From Planctomycetota bacterium (lineage in GTDB: Bacteria; Planctomycetota; Phycisphaerae; UBA1845): a DNA stretch of 64,000 nt. This document shows, in pieces, positions 55,488 to 64,000 of this stretch; the stretch's first letter is position 1; each line of letters starts with the position of its first letter. The translations under genes and the position numbers were made by a program. The DNA lies in assembly GCA_052034525.1 (NCBI GenBank), contig JBPOIK010000053.1, forward strand, positions 22,351 through 86,350, in the 5' to 3' direction. The notes beneath the pieces are model-generated. The model saw only the letters and a program-made list of their open reading frames with translations, was not told the DNA's origin and did no database searches.

Positions 55488-56696
55488 CTACTCGTTCGAG
55501 CCGTGAGGGCTCGAATCCTCCTCCAGGCCCAGCGGATCAAATCCCTGGATCGTAAACGGAGAGGATCGCCAGATTTCGCCGTCGAAATACGGTTCGGTAA
55601 TCGCCTCGCGAAGAGCCGATTCGTCCGTTCGCGCCGGATCGTAGGTGATCCGCACCGGCACGTACCCCGGCCCCGGCCAGGCCTCCACGGAGATGTACCC
55701 GGGAACCTCGTACTCATCATCGCGCTCGACGAAGTACATGAACAGCGATGCCCGGCCACGACACGTCAGGTCGTTCACCCTCAATTCCAGGGTTGCGGTT
55801 TGGGCCGGTTCCTCGCCGCGACCGGCCGCGATCGCCCGGTACGACGGCAGTGGAAAGGCGTACGCGGCGCCGACCGCCGCGGCCAGCGACAGTAGCAGGA
55901 TGCCGATAAGAGCCGCCTGCGGCCACGACCGACCGAGAAACCGGGGAGGCCCCCATGTCAGGGCCCCTTCCTTCTCCCGCGGACAGACCTCGAGGCAGTT
56001 CAGACACGACAGGCACCGGGCGGCCGTCACCTGCTGGACCTTGTCCACTTTGATGCCCGTCGGACACACCTTGGCGCACAACCCGCAATCGATGCAGGCG
56101 TCCGGGTGCCGCCGCACGCGCGTCAGCCCGAGCCGGGAAAGCGGGTGCATTACCGCGGCCATGGGACAGAACCAGCGGCAGAACGGCATCACGATGAACA
56201 GCGATGCAAGCACGATCGCGCCGGCGACGATGTATGCCCAGTATGTGATGTCTTCACCGTGCCGACTGATCAGCGCGTAGCAGGGATCCGCCCGGCGGAA
56301 CTCCAGCTCCGCCGCCGACCACGTGAAATAGAGGATGATTCCCAGCACAACGTATTTCAACACGGCCAGTCCGCGATCCAGCGTATACGGCACGCGAACC
56401 GGACGGATGCCGATTCGCTTCATCCCGGCCTGCAACCATTCCGACATCGCGCCGATGGGGCAGGCGTACCCGCAGAACGCCCGTCGCAACAGGAACGCCG
56501 TCAGCAGCACCGCGCCCAGCACGTAGAGGTTCGACACCCCCAGCGAGCAGAGCATATTCCCTTCACTGATGTAGTTGTAGATCGCCTCCACGCCGCCGAA
56601 CGGGCAGTATGCCTCCGCGTTGCCCTTGACCACAAAGACACCGATCAAGGTCAACGCCACGAAGGCAAACTGCACCAAGCGCCTGGTCCGTTTCAT
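55488..56696 (-). CDS. Polyferredoxin-type membrane protein (NapH/MauN/CcoG-like) with a C-terminal soluble domain.
   Basis: Two membrane-embedded CxxxCP motifs (AYCPFGG and YACPIGA). Two 4Fe-4S ferredoxin motifs (CIDCGLCAKVCP and CLSCLNCLEVCP). The C-terminal ~100 aa carry 'DLTCRGRA'. Confidence 0.8.
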   Translation of the reverse strand: MKRTRRLVQFAFVALTLIGVFVVKGNAEAYCPFGGVEAIYNYISEGNMLCSLGVSNLYVLGAVLLTAFLLRRAFCGYACPIGAMSEWLQAGMKRIGIRPVRVPYTLDRGLAVLKYVVLGIILYFTWSAAELEFRRADPCYALISRHGEDITYWAYIVAGAIVLASLFIVMPFCRWFCPMAAVMHPLSRLGLTRVRRHPDACIDCGLCAKVCPTGIKVDKVQQVTAARCLSCLNCLEVCPREKEGALTWGPPRFLGRSWPQAALIGILLLSLAAAVGAAYAFPLPSYRAIAAGRGEEPAQTATLELRVNDLTCRGRASLFMYFVERDDEYEVPGYISVEAWPGPGYVPVRITYDPARTDESALREAITEPYFDGEIWRSSPFTIQGFDPLGLEEDSSPHGSNE

Positions 56697-56754
56697 GAGA
56701 CTGAGCCCCCCCGAGGAAAACGCGCCTGACTATCCGGCATCGACAGTGTTGGAC

Positions 56755-56787
56755 GGGCGATCGCGCCCTTGGCGGGCGCGATCGCTC
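56755..56787. terminator. Hairpin downstream of the TPR/Cys-tail gene.
   Basis: GGGCGATCGCGCCC-ttggc-GGGCGCGATCGCTC, with 13 of 14 bp paired. Confidence 0.45.
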
Positions 56788-56816
56788 CGTCCGATCCTGT
56801 TCCGCTCCGGCCGGGA

Positions 56817-57695
56817 CTATTTCTTCTCGTTGTCGCCGCACGGCGTCGCGGTCCCGCTGCTGCACTTGGCGCGGCTCGGGCAGCTCCCGCAGCTCGTGCC
56901 GCCGCTGCATCCGGATTCCTTGACCTTCGATTCGGTCTTGAGAGCCGCGGCGAACCCCGGGTGCGTCGTCAGCGAAGCGAGATCCTTGTCGGCGGACGCC
57001 CGTGCCTTGACGGCCTCCAGCCGACTGGGAGGGATGTTCTCAAACGCCTGAACCAGCCACTTCAGGGCGGCTTCGGCATCCCCCGCCTGCGCATAAGCAC
57101 AAGCCATGTTGTAACACACGCCGGGGGAGGGGTTTTCCGGCGCCTGGATGTCCGACAGCAGCGCCCCGGCTTCTTCGGTCCGCCCCTGGCGAGCCATCGC
57201 AATGGCCTTCAGAAGCCGCAACTCAAACGTCGTCTGGTCCGCGGCGATCTGTGCGATGGTGGCTTCCGCTTCGGTGTTCTGGCCCAGCTCCAACTGGGTC
57301 TGCGCCAGATGGGCGGCCGCGTCGGCAGACTTCTCCCGCTCGAAGGTTTTCTGGTCCAGCGCGAGCGCTTCACCGTATATCTCGTGCTCAAGGTAAAACG
57401 CCCGAAGGGCCGCACTGGCGGCAGCCAGCCGCTCCGGGTTCGTCTCCTTCGCGACCGTCTCGCGCATCTTGATCACACGGCGGAGTACCGCATACGCCTC
57501 GCGGCACTCGGTGTTGCTCGTGTCCGCCTTGGCGGCGTTGCCGTACACCGCCAGAGCCCCATCGAAGTCCGCCTTGGCCAGCAACGCCTCGGCCTGGGCT
57601 TTGTAATCGGCGACCGGTTGGGCGTTGTCCGCCCAGGCCCATCCAACCACGCAGAACACGATCCCCAGAGAACAGACAACTCGACGGGTGCTCAT
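56817..57695 (-). CDS. Secreted TPR-repeat protein with a Cys-rich C-terminal tail.
   Basis: ATG at 57695 with AAGGAG 7 nt upstream. Has a signal peptide and TPR-like helices. The tail is 'SGCSGGTSCGSCPSRAKCSSGTATPCG'. Confidence 0.7.
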   Translation of the reverse strand: MSTRRVVCSLGIVFCVVGWAWADNAQPVADYKAQAEALLAKADFDGALAVYGNAAKADTSNTECREAYAVLRRVIKMRETVAKETNPERLAAASAALRAFYLEHEIYGEALALDQKTFEREKSADAAAHLAQTQLELGQNTEAEATIAQIAADQTTFELRLLKAIAMARQGRTEEAGALLSDIQAPENPSPGVCYNMACAYAQAGDAEAALKWLVQAFENIPPSRLEAVKARASADKDLASLTTHPGFAAALKTESKVKESGCSGGTSCGSCPSRAKCSSGTATPCGDNEKK

Positions 57696-58134
57696 TTTGC
57701 TCTCCTTGGCAAACCACGAAACCGCAGAAGCCGCGATCCGATCGCCCCGAGCCAGCGCCAACGGGGCCCCATGACTCCCCAAAAAAGGCGATCGGACGCT
57801 CATCTGTTTGAACGGCCACCAGCCGTCCTGTCCTGCGGACAGTCTGTGAATCCATGATACCGCCAAACCCGTCCGCAGGTCAGTAGTGCGGGGCCGGTCG
57901 GGAGCACAAGCAATACGCCCCTGGGTCGCTTTACGTTTTGACTGTATTTGCTCGTCTATTGGTGTAAATGGCCCGATGGCTCAACCCCCGGCCGCCGGCA
58001 GAGTGCCGGTGGCCGGGGTCAATTTCGCGCCTCGCAGAGCGGCGAGACGGTTTGCTGCCGGGCCACGGCGCACCCCCGCGCAAAACGGGCGAGCCGCGCC
58101 GCAGCGGCGGCCGGCGATTGATCGCGGCGCTTTG

Positions 58135-59184
58135 CTACTGCGCCGTTATTTCGGCGGCGCGGATGTCTTGAACGCGCATTCCCTCGGGGATTTCAAACAA
58201 CGCTTCGTCGAGCGGCGTGTTGACCTCGGCGCTCAGGAGCCGGGTATCCAGGCGGAAGGTAACCTGCCCCTGATCGTCGTGGCGGCGAACACACGTCTTG
58301 AAAGGCAGCCACACGCCGTTCACACAACGATAGTCTTCGAAGCTCTGGTCCTCCGCGAGTTGCCCGTTGTCATGATACGTTTTCCATTGCTCGATGCGAT
58401 ATCCCCGCTCCGGACGAACGCGAAACCGGAGCACGTCGGCCTTCTTGTCCGTGAACCGGCAATTGACGTCCACGAACGGTCCGTCGGCATCCTTTCCCGA
58501 GCGGGCCACACGGACAAGACGTTCATCCGCGAAGAACCATCCGGGGATGAGACCCAGGGAATGGTGCTCCATATCGGCGTTGAATTGCGGCATCTCGGAG
58601 ATTACGACCAAGCCGTCTTCTTCTTCGGGCATGTGCTTGCACCCATCCAGACTCGTGATGCAGACTCTTGTGCGGCTCAGTGATCTTCGGAACTGCGGCT
58701 CCAGATTGTTGACCGCGAGAAGCGCGTCAACATCACGGCAATCTTCTTCCTCCATGCGTGCCCGCTGACCGGTGAAGTCCAACAGCAAACGACGCCCGAA
58801 TACGGTTGAAGCATTTAGTTCATGCACTCTGGCAAGAGAATCGGCCATGGCCAGGCAGTTGCTCAACGACGCCTCCAGCGAGGTGAGTACCGTTTCACCG
58901 CTGCCCTCTGCGAGTGCTCGCTGTGTGATCTCATCTCTTGCCTGCAGAATTCGTTCCACATGCCTTTCGCGATAGTCCACCACCGGCGTGTAGGTTTCGC
59001 TCACCTCCTGTCGCAGAATTGCGGTCTTGGGGCGTGCCACGTCGGCCTGAGTCTGTCTCCGCAAGTCCTCGGTCCATTTGCTGGTTTCCGATGCCTGCAT
59101 GAGCGACGCGCACGACGCAAGCACCAGCCCCCAGGTCACCACGGTTTCGGCAATGCGACAACTCTTGCTTTCATGCGATTTCAC
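58135..59184 (-). CDS. Secreted hypothetical protein with a C-terminal LolA/RseB-like beta-rich region.
   Basis: GTG at 59184 with GAGGAG 8 nt upstream. The signal peptide 'TVVTWGLVLASCASLMQA' follows the basic n-region KSHESKSCRIAE. No catalytic motif. Confidence 0.5.
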   Translation of the reverse strand: MKSHESKSCRIAETVVTWGLVLASCASLMQASETSKWTEDLRRQTQADVARPKTAILRQEVSETYTPVVDYRERHVERILQARDEITQRALAEGSGETVLTSLEASLSNCLAMADSLARVHELNASTVFGRRLLLDFTGQRARMEEEDCRDVDALLAVNNLEPQFRRSLSRTRVCITSLDGCKHMPEEEDGLVVISEMPQFNADMEHHSLGLIPGWFFADERLVRVARSGKDADGPFVDVNCRFTDKKADVLRFRVRPERGYRIEQWKTYHDNGQLAEDQSFEDYRCVNGVWLPFKTCVRRHDDQGQVTFRLDTRLLSAEVNTPLDEALFEIPEGMRVQDIRAAEITAQ

Positions 59185-59266
59185 GGTTGTGCTCCTCGTT
59201 CTCAGTCGACTTTGGTTCCAGTTGACACAAGATGCGCCGGTCATTGCCCACTGGCGATTGTCCGAA

Positions 59267-60592
59267 TCACGGAGCATCTGTTCTCTTCAAACACTCACAT
59301 TTGACAGGCCCCGGTCCTTCAATAATGACTGGCAGCCCGATTGTGCGACAACTGAAGGGTAGGTTCTTGCAGTGTCCCTCGCATCCCCAAGATGAATAGA
59401 TCAGACGCGGCTGTTGCCCAGTTGCCGCGCAAACGAGGTTGTCGGGGCACGCGCCTACGCAGGTCCAGGCGTAAGCGATTCTGTCATCACCCGGGCATAC
59501 GGAAACCCTCAGGCAGCAAGCCGAGGAGATCACGAGAGGGATTGCCGTGAGGGTGCATGCCGGTTGGGTTGTGGGTGGTTTCGGCGCGGGAGGCGGATCC
59601 GCGAATGCCACGAGGCCGTTCGGGTCATAACCCGTTGCGTATTCCGGGATCGTTCCCGCCAGCCGGCTGATCTCGGCCCTGGCGATGGCGCGGGCGTTCG
59701 TGCGAAGCCGGAGAATCTTGAACCCGCGGACCCATGGGCGGGCGACAGTGAAGTCGGCCAACGTGTCCTCGCGAACGGCGGGTGGTACGCTGTGAATGAG
59801 CGTAATGGCATCGGGCGTCGGTTTGTGGAATACGCCCATGTGGTCGCTGTCGTACCAGGGTTTCAGGCCCGGTGCGCTGCGTTCGCGGACCACGAGCCAG
59901 ATGTCACCGTCCTGCACCTTCGCGACGGCGTCTTCAAGTACCTCCACGGGAACATAGGTCTCAGAACGGACGACCCGGTCCGGAAGCGATTCGATCTTCG
60001 TGGCCTTCGCGGCCGCCTTCGCCTGCCCGAGCGGCGTCTCATCCTCACCGAAATCCAGCGTCGCATAGAAGCGTTTCGGGTAGACGACGTGGTCGAACGA
60101 CGTGACGGGCACGCCCAGTTCGGCGGTCACGTCGGAGAGAAGCCAGGCGTTATTGGGCGCCCAGTCGTGGAGCATGAAGAAGTTCCGCTCGAGGAACGTC
60201 GGAACGCCTTCCCGGTGGCGCAAGCGGAGCGTGAGTTTGTAGTGAGCATCCCAGTCCGCTGCGCAGGCCAGAGCAACACACCGCTCCGTAAACGTGACGC
60301 AGTTGCTGGCACTGAGTTGAAAGATGCCTGCCGCTCCATGGAACGGCTGCCCCAGCCCCTGATGCGCGAAGAACGCCACCTCATTGCCGGGGGCTGTCTT
60401 CGTTTGACGTCGTCGATGAAGATCAAGAAACGTCGCGAGTTCGGGGTGAGTCCAGGCACAAATGGGACGCGCGAGTAACACTTGGTAGCTCGCTTCTTCA
60501 GCCGCAGTCAGTCCCCCCCCCCCCCGCGCGGCACCTGCCACTGCGCATAGACCCATCAGCGACAGGGCGACTTGTCTGGCCGTGATGTTCAT
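59267..60592 (-). CDS. Secreted hypothetical protein with a G13 tract in the signal-peptide codons and a Cys-rich C-terminal domain.
   Basis: ATG at 60592. The signal peptide 'ALSLMGLCAVAGAARGGGGLTAAEE' is encoded across the G13 tract. The C-terminal 100 aa carry 14 Cys. Confidence 0.6.
   Translation of the reverse strand: MNITARQVALSLMGLCAVAGAARGGGGLTAAEEASYQVLLARPICAWTHPELATFLDLHRRRQTKTAPGNEVAFFAHQGLGQPFHGAAGIFQLSASNCVTFTERCVALACAADWDAHYKLTLRLRHREGVPTFLERNFFMLHDWAPNNAWLLSDVTAELGVPVTSFDHVVYPKRFYATLDFGEDETPLGQAKAAAKATKIESLPDRVVRSETYVPVEVLEDAVAKVQDGDIWLVVRERSAPGLKPWYDSDHMGVFHKPTPDAITLIHSVPPAVREDTLADFTVARPWVRGFKILRLRTNARAIARAEISRLAGTIPEYATGYDPNGLVAFADPPPAPKPPTTQPACTLTAIPLVISSACCLRVSVCPGDDRIAYAWTCVGACPDNLVCAATGQQPRLIYSSWGCEGHCKNLPFSCRTIGLPVIIEGPGPVKCECLKRTDAP
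60513..60525. repeat. Homopolymeric tract: C13 on the plus strand, G13 in the coding strand.
   Basis: gtcccccccccccccgcgcg, counted directly in the sequence. Confidence 0.9.
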
Positions 60593-61207
60593 GCTGTCAC
60601 ACCTTTTGCAAAGCTGCCTTGAGAACCGGGCCCGGATAAGGCAATTGGCATTTATTAGCACTTTTGGGGGCTCGCGTCAAGCAAAATAAGCCGCAATGCG
60701 ATACGCCCAGTTCTACTTGGGCGGGTTGAAGATGCAGGGCAAGCGTTGAGCGTAACACTTTGTGTAGCATAGCGTTGCGCGTCATTTTGCTGCCTGCCGC
60801 GTTGTTGACTGGCGGGGGATGTCGTCGGGCGTCCGGGCACCGCTCGGAGGTGCTCAAGAGAACGGGCGCGGCGGGAGAATGGAAGGCATCCCACGGGTTT
60901 AGCCGGGGGCGGCGGGAACCCAAGCGCACGAGCGGGACGCGGGCAAAAGCTGCAAACAGGAGGGCTCCACGGTGCTTCGCGCCAAAGCCGAGTGGGAAAT
61001 ACTTGCTCGACGTGGATTGGTGGTTTAAGATCGGCCCGGCGCGGAGTCAATCACGATCAAGTGTCGCCGCGCGCCGGCCGGACGCCGCCCCCGTGGCCGG
61101 CGGTTGCGGAAGGGTGAGGGGGCGGAAGCCGTCTGGTTTTCTCAGGCAGAACGTGCCGCCTCCGGCGTTCGGCGGATCAAAGCGGCATCGTTCCGGGACA
61201 CAGGCTC

Positions 61208-62158
61208 ATGAAGCGGTTGCGCGATCCGCATCACCTGGCAGGTATTCAGATTCCCGGCGATTGTCACAGGCGCTCACGCCGCAGCGGACGCGGCGTGTTC
61301 ATCCGGCAGCCCACCGCCCGCCGTCCGTGGTCCGCCGCCAGCCTTCGTAGCGCGGATTCCGCCTTCACGCTGATCGAGCTGCTGGTGGTGGTTTCCATTA
61401 TCGCGCTGCTGATGGCGATGCTGCTGCCGGGGCTGAAGCGGGCGCGATGGCAGGCCCAGTCGGTCCGGTGCGGCGCCAGCGTTCGGCAGCTTGGGGTGGG
61501 GATGAACATGTACCAGAACGAGTACGGCATGTTCCCGGCCCACCAGTGGATACTCACGGACGGTTCGGACACCCGGATCCGGTGGTTCAACGTCATGGCC
61601 AGCTACCTGGGCGGATTCAAGGTGCAGAGCTGCCCGTCCGTGTCGCATTGGGAGGTCGGCCGGAACAACTCGTATGGGTACAACTACAAGTACCTCGGCA
61701 GCGCCCGGGACAACGAGCTGAGTCCGACTTGCCCGCTGGAGAACTTCCCGGTGCAATTGGTTCGCGCGCCGTCGCAGACGATCGCGTTCGGCGATTCGGA
61801 CGGCACCGGCTGGAAGAAAGACCACGTCAACGGCGTGAACGACGTGGACATGTACGGCAACCACGGCTACACGCTGGACCCGACCTACATTCCGGAATAC
61901 AGCGTGCAAACGTTCAGCGGCGGGGATTTGGAGCCGTATGCGTGGCATGCGTACCGCACGTACATCTCCACCCGCCACCTCGGCGGCTCAAATATCTGTT
62001 TCGCCGACGGCCACGTGGGAACGCTCACCCCGCAGAAGGTGTACGTGGACAATCGGTACTGGAACGGGTGCGGCCGGGAGGATCCCGTCCGGGATCCGCA
62101 CGTGGACTACAAGTTCCAGGGCGGCGAATGGCGATTCCCCGACATCGTTGCCAAGTAG
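61208..62158 (+). CDS. DUF1559 (H-X9-DG) domain protein with a prepilin-type N-terminal methylation motif.
   Basis: 'FTLIELLVVVSIIALLMAMLLPGL' and the C-terminal 'ICFADGHVGTL'. The start is uncertain: ATG at 61208, or an internal GTG nearer the pilin leader. Confidence 0.8.
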   Translation: MKRLRDPHHLAGIQIPGDCHRRSRRSGRGVFIRQPTARRPWSAASLRSADSAFTLIELLVVVSIIALLMAMLLPGLKRARWQAQSVRCGASVRQLGVGMNMYQNEYGMFPAHQWILTDGSDTRIRWFNVMASYLGGFKVQSCPSVSHWEVGRNNSYGYNYKYLGSARDNELSPTCPLENFPVQLVRAPSQTIAFGDSDGTGWKKDHVNGVNDVDMYGNHGYTLDPTYIPEYSVQTFSGGDLEPYAWHAYRTYISTRHLGGSNICFADGHVGTLTPQKVYVDNRYWNGCGREDPVRDPHVDYKFQGGEWRFPDIVAK

Positions 62159-62185
62159 ACCCGTCTCGGACCGGCAAACCGGCGC

Positions 62186-63193
62186 CTACGGACGCGCGAG
62201 CCGTTCGGCGATCTGGATGCTGTTCAGGGCGGCGCCCTTGCGGAGCTGGTCGCCGGAGAGGAACAGCTCGATGCCGCGGCCGTCCGTCTGGCTGAGATCC
62301 TGACGAATGCGCCCGACCAGCACGTCGTCCGTGCCGTCGGCCTCGATGGGCATGGGGAAATGCTGCGGATCTCGCTGATCCACCACTCGCACGCCGGGGG
62401 CCGCCGCGAGAATCTCGCGCACTTCGTCCGGGCTGATCGGGCGCGAGAAGGTCAGGTTCACCGACTCGCTGTGGGCACGCAGCACCGGAACCCGCACGCA
62501 GGTGGCCGTGATCGCCAGGTCCGGAACGTGGAAGATTTTCCGAGTCTCCCGGACCATTTTGACCTCCTCCTCGTTGTATCCGTCCGGTCCGATGGCGGAG
62601 TTGTGCGAGAAGAGGTTGAATGCGATGGGGAACGGGAAGACTTCCGGCCTGGCTTCCCGGCCGGCCAGCACGTCGCGCGTCTGTTCTTGGAGTTCCCGCA
62701 TGGCCGAGAATCCGGCCCCGCTGGCAGCCTGGTACGTGCTGACCACGATCCGCCGGAGCGGATTGGCCCGGTGCAGCGGCCAGACCGGCACGTTCATGAT
62801 GATGGTGGAACAATTGGGATTGGCGATGATGCCCCGATGCGTCCGGAGGTCCTGGGGGTTCACCTCCGGCACCACCAGCGGCACGTTCGGGTCCATGCGG
62901 AAGGCGGATGAGTTGTCGATGACCACCGCTCCGGCCGCCGCTGCCTTGGGCGCGAACTCCAGGCTTCGCCTGCCACCGGCGCTGAAGAAGGCAAGGTCTA
63001 CTCCCTCGAATGCCGTGGTTGCCAGATCCTGTATGGTGTGGGGCCGGCCCCGCAGCTCGAGGGTCTGACCCGCGCTGCGGGCGGATGCGACGAGAACGAA
63101 TCGGTCGGCCGGAAACCTCCGCTGCTCGATGAGAGTGATGAGCTCCTTGCCCACGGCTCCGGTGGCCCCGACGATGGCGACGGTTCGAAACAT
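62186..63193 (-). CDS. asd: Aspartate-semialdehyde dehydrogenase.
   Basis: 'VAIVGATGAVG' NAD site, active-site 'IANPNCSTI' and 'QAASGAG'. Confidence 0.95.
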   Translation of the reverse strand: MFRTVAIVGATGAVGKELITLIEQRRFPADRFVLVASARSAGQTLELRGRPHTIQDLATTAFEGVDLAFFSAGGRRSLEFAPKAAAAGAVVIDNSSAFRMDPNVPLVVPEVNPQDLRTHRGIIANPNCSTIIMNVPVWPLHRANPLRRIVVSTYQAASGAGFSAMRELQEQTRDVLAGREARPEVFPFPIAFNLFSHNSAIGPDGYNEEEVKMVRETRKIFHVPDLAITATCVRVPVLRAHSESVNLTFSRPISPDEVREILAAAPGVRVVDQRDPQHFPMPIEADGTDDVLVGRIRQDLSQTDGRGIELFLSGDQLRKGAALNSIQIAERLARP

Positions 63194-63497
63194 CGTTGTT
63201 CAACCCGCGTATCAGTATTGAGACGGCGGCCGGCGTGTGCGGCGCACTGCCGCCTGGCTCGCCGATGCCGCCCGATCACGAAGACGGATCAACGGGATAT
63301 TATCGGCGAAGGATGACCGCTGTCAGCAGCGGTGGGGCGGGCTTGACGGACGGCGCGAGGCATTGCTAGACTGCCCCTCTCTGACGGGCGAACGGAACAG
63401 GCGTCGTACGATCCGGGTCTCGCGGCGTGGCGCGCGGATGCGGGATCCCCGGGTCGAGCGACGGTGAAGGGCGGAAGGTCGAGGCGGTGTTCTGGTA

Positions 63498-63776
63498 ATG
63501 AATCACCCGCCACCGGACAAAACACCGACGTGGGCCCGTTTCAGTGGAATCGGGATTGAATACGCGGCCACGCTGGCGGGGTTTGCGCTGGTGGGGTACT
63601 GGATTGACCGCCGCTACGACACAAGTCCCTGGGGAATCGTGATCGGGTCGGGTCTGGGGCTGATCGGCGGTACGTATAACCTTGTTCGCCAGTCGCTGGT
63701 CGCGTTCAAGAAACTCGGTCGCGGTAACCGAAATTCACGGGACGATCAGGCGCGGCACGGATCGAATCGTCAGTGA
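63498..63776 (+). CDS. atpZ: AtpZ-like small membrane protein (putative F0F1-ATPase-associated 'gene 1' protein).
   Basis: 'GIEYAATLAGFALVGYWIDRRYDTSPWGIVIGSGLGLIGGTYNL' matches the AtpZ family pattern. Confidence 0.6.
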   Translation: MNHPPPDKTPTWARFSGIGIEYAATLAGFALVGYWIDRRYDTSPWGIVIGSGLGLIGGTYNLVRQSLVAFKKLGRGNRNSRDDQARHGSNRQ

Positions 63777-64000
63777 AATGCTTCACCCGAAGGTATGCGC
63801 GGCTGATGCTGGCCAGTCTCGGCGTGGCCGGGCTGGTTGGGTGGATCGGGTATTTTCCTACGGTGCGGCTGTCCGGTCCGGAGGCAGTCGGCGCGATGGT
63901 GGTCGGTATCGCCATCAGCCTGGTTTCCGGGTGTCTGGGCGCGGTGCCGATCTGTCTGGCCGGTGCGGATGATCCGGTCCGCACGCCGCCGGCGATTCTG
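63773..64000 (+). CDS. Hydrophobic membrane protein, possibly AtpI-like. Its 3' end runs off the window.
   Basis: GTG at 63773 overlaps the atpZ stop as GTGA. The frame is open to the window end (MLASLGVAGLVGWIGYFP...). The ORF track does not list it because it has no stop. Confidence 0.35.
   Translation, partial: MKCFTRRYARLMLASLGVAGLVGWIGYFPTVRLSGPEAVGAMVVGIAISLVSGCLGAVPICLAGADDPVRTPPAIL

Noticed and set aside
63682-63972. 96-aa plus-strand ORF from the track.
   Set aside because: It is in the wrong frame. The frame starting at GTG 63773 overlaps the atpZ stop as GTGA. It yields a hydrophobic membrane protein and stays open to the window end.
1-64000. Search for tRNA, rRNA, CRISPR arrays and mobile-element genes.
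   Set aside because: No T-loop GTTCGAATC-type motifs with cloverleaf context were seen in intergenic gaps. There are no regularly spaced direct repeats and no transposase or integrase motifs. The only repeats found are intragenic tandem or simple-sequence repeats and one homopolymer.

Overview
This is a 64-kb, roughly 68% GC chromosomal segment that is gene-dense on both strands and was annotated by eye from the sequence and the ORF track only. Its content fits a Planctomycetota-type genome: two DUF1559 (H-X9-DG) prepilin-type proteins, an ECF sigma factor paired with a TPR Ser/Thr kinase, a GH57 branching enzyme, and many secreted hypothetical proteins. The backbone is housekeeping: pepT (5' truncated at the window edge), an ABC ATPase with an FtsX-type permease, ribD, a tsaC/LMW-PTP fusion followed by rpiB, lysC, an archaeal-type cofactor-independent phosphoglycerate mutase, ruvC-ruvA-ruvB, cinA, purE, homocysteine S-methyltransferase, a yqiJ/yqiK-like NfeD-flotillin pair, queG, ispF, cysS, asd, and the start of an atpZ/atpI-like pair (3' truncated). 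Several accessory-looking loci sit among them. (1) A NapH/CcoG-like polyferredoxin membrane protein is paired with a secreted, repeat-built, metallothionein-like cysteine-rich protein and a TPR protein with a Cys-rich tail. (2) A secreted protein gene carries a G13 homopolymer in its signal-peptide codons, a candidate phase-variation switch. (3) An ECF sigma / Ser-Thr kinase cluster includes a double zinc-ribbon Gly/Arg-rich protein and an orphan Hpt protein. (4) A secreted zinc-dependent PLC/S1-P1-nuclease-superfamily protein is fused to an Ada-type zinc finger. (5) A 29-aa Lys/Ala-rich peptide gene has a canonical SD and a long bidirectional terminator. (6) An MFS transporter carries a Cys4 zinc ribbon in its central loop. 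(7) A decayed duplicate of the 3' end of the flotillin gene lies just downstream of that gene. No rRNA, tRNA, CRISPR array, integrase or transposase was recognised. Many long ORFs in the track are antisense artefacts of GC-rich DNA. All family assignments rest on motif recognition and still need database confirmation.
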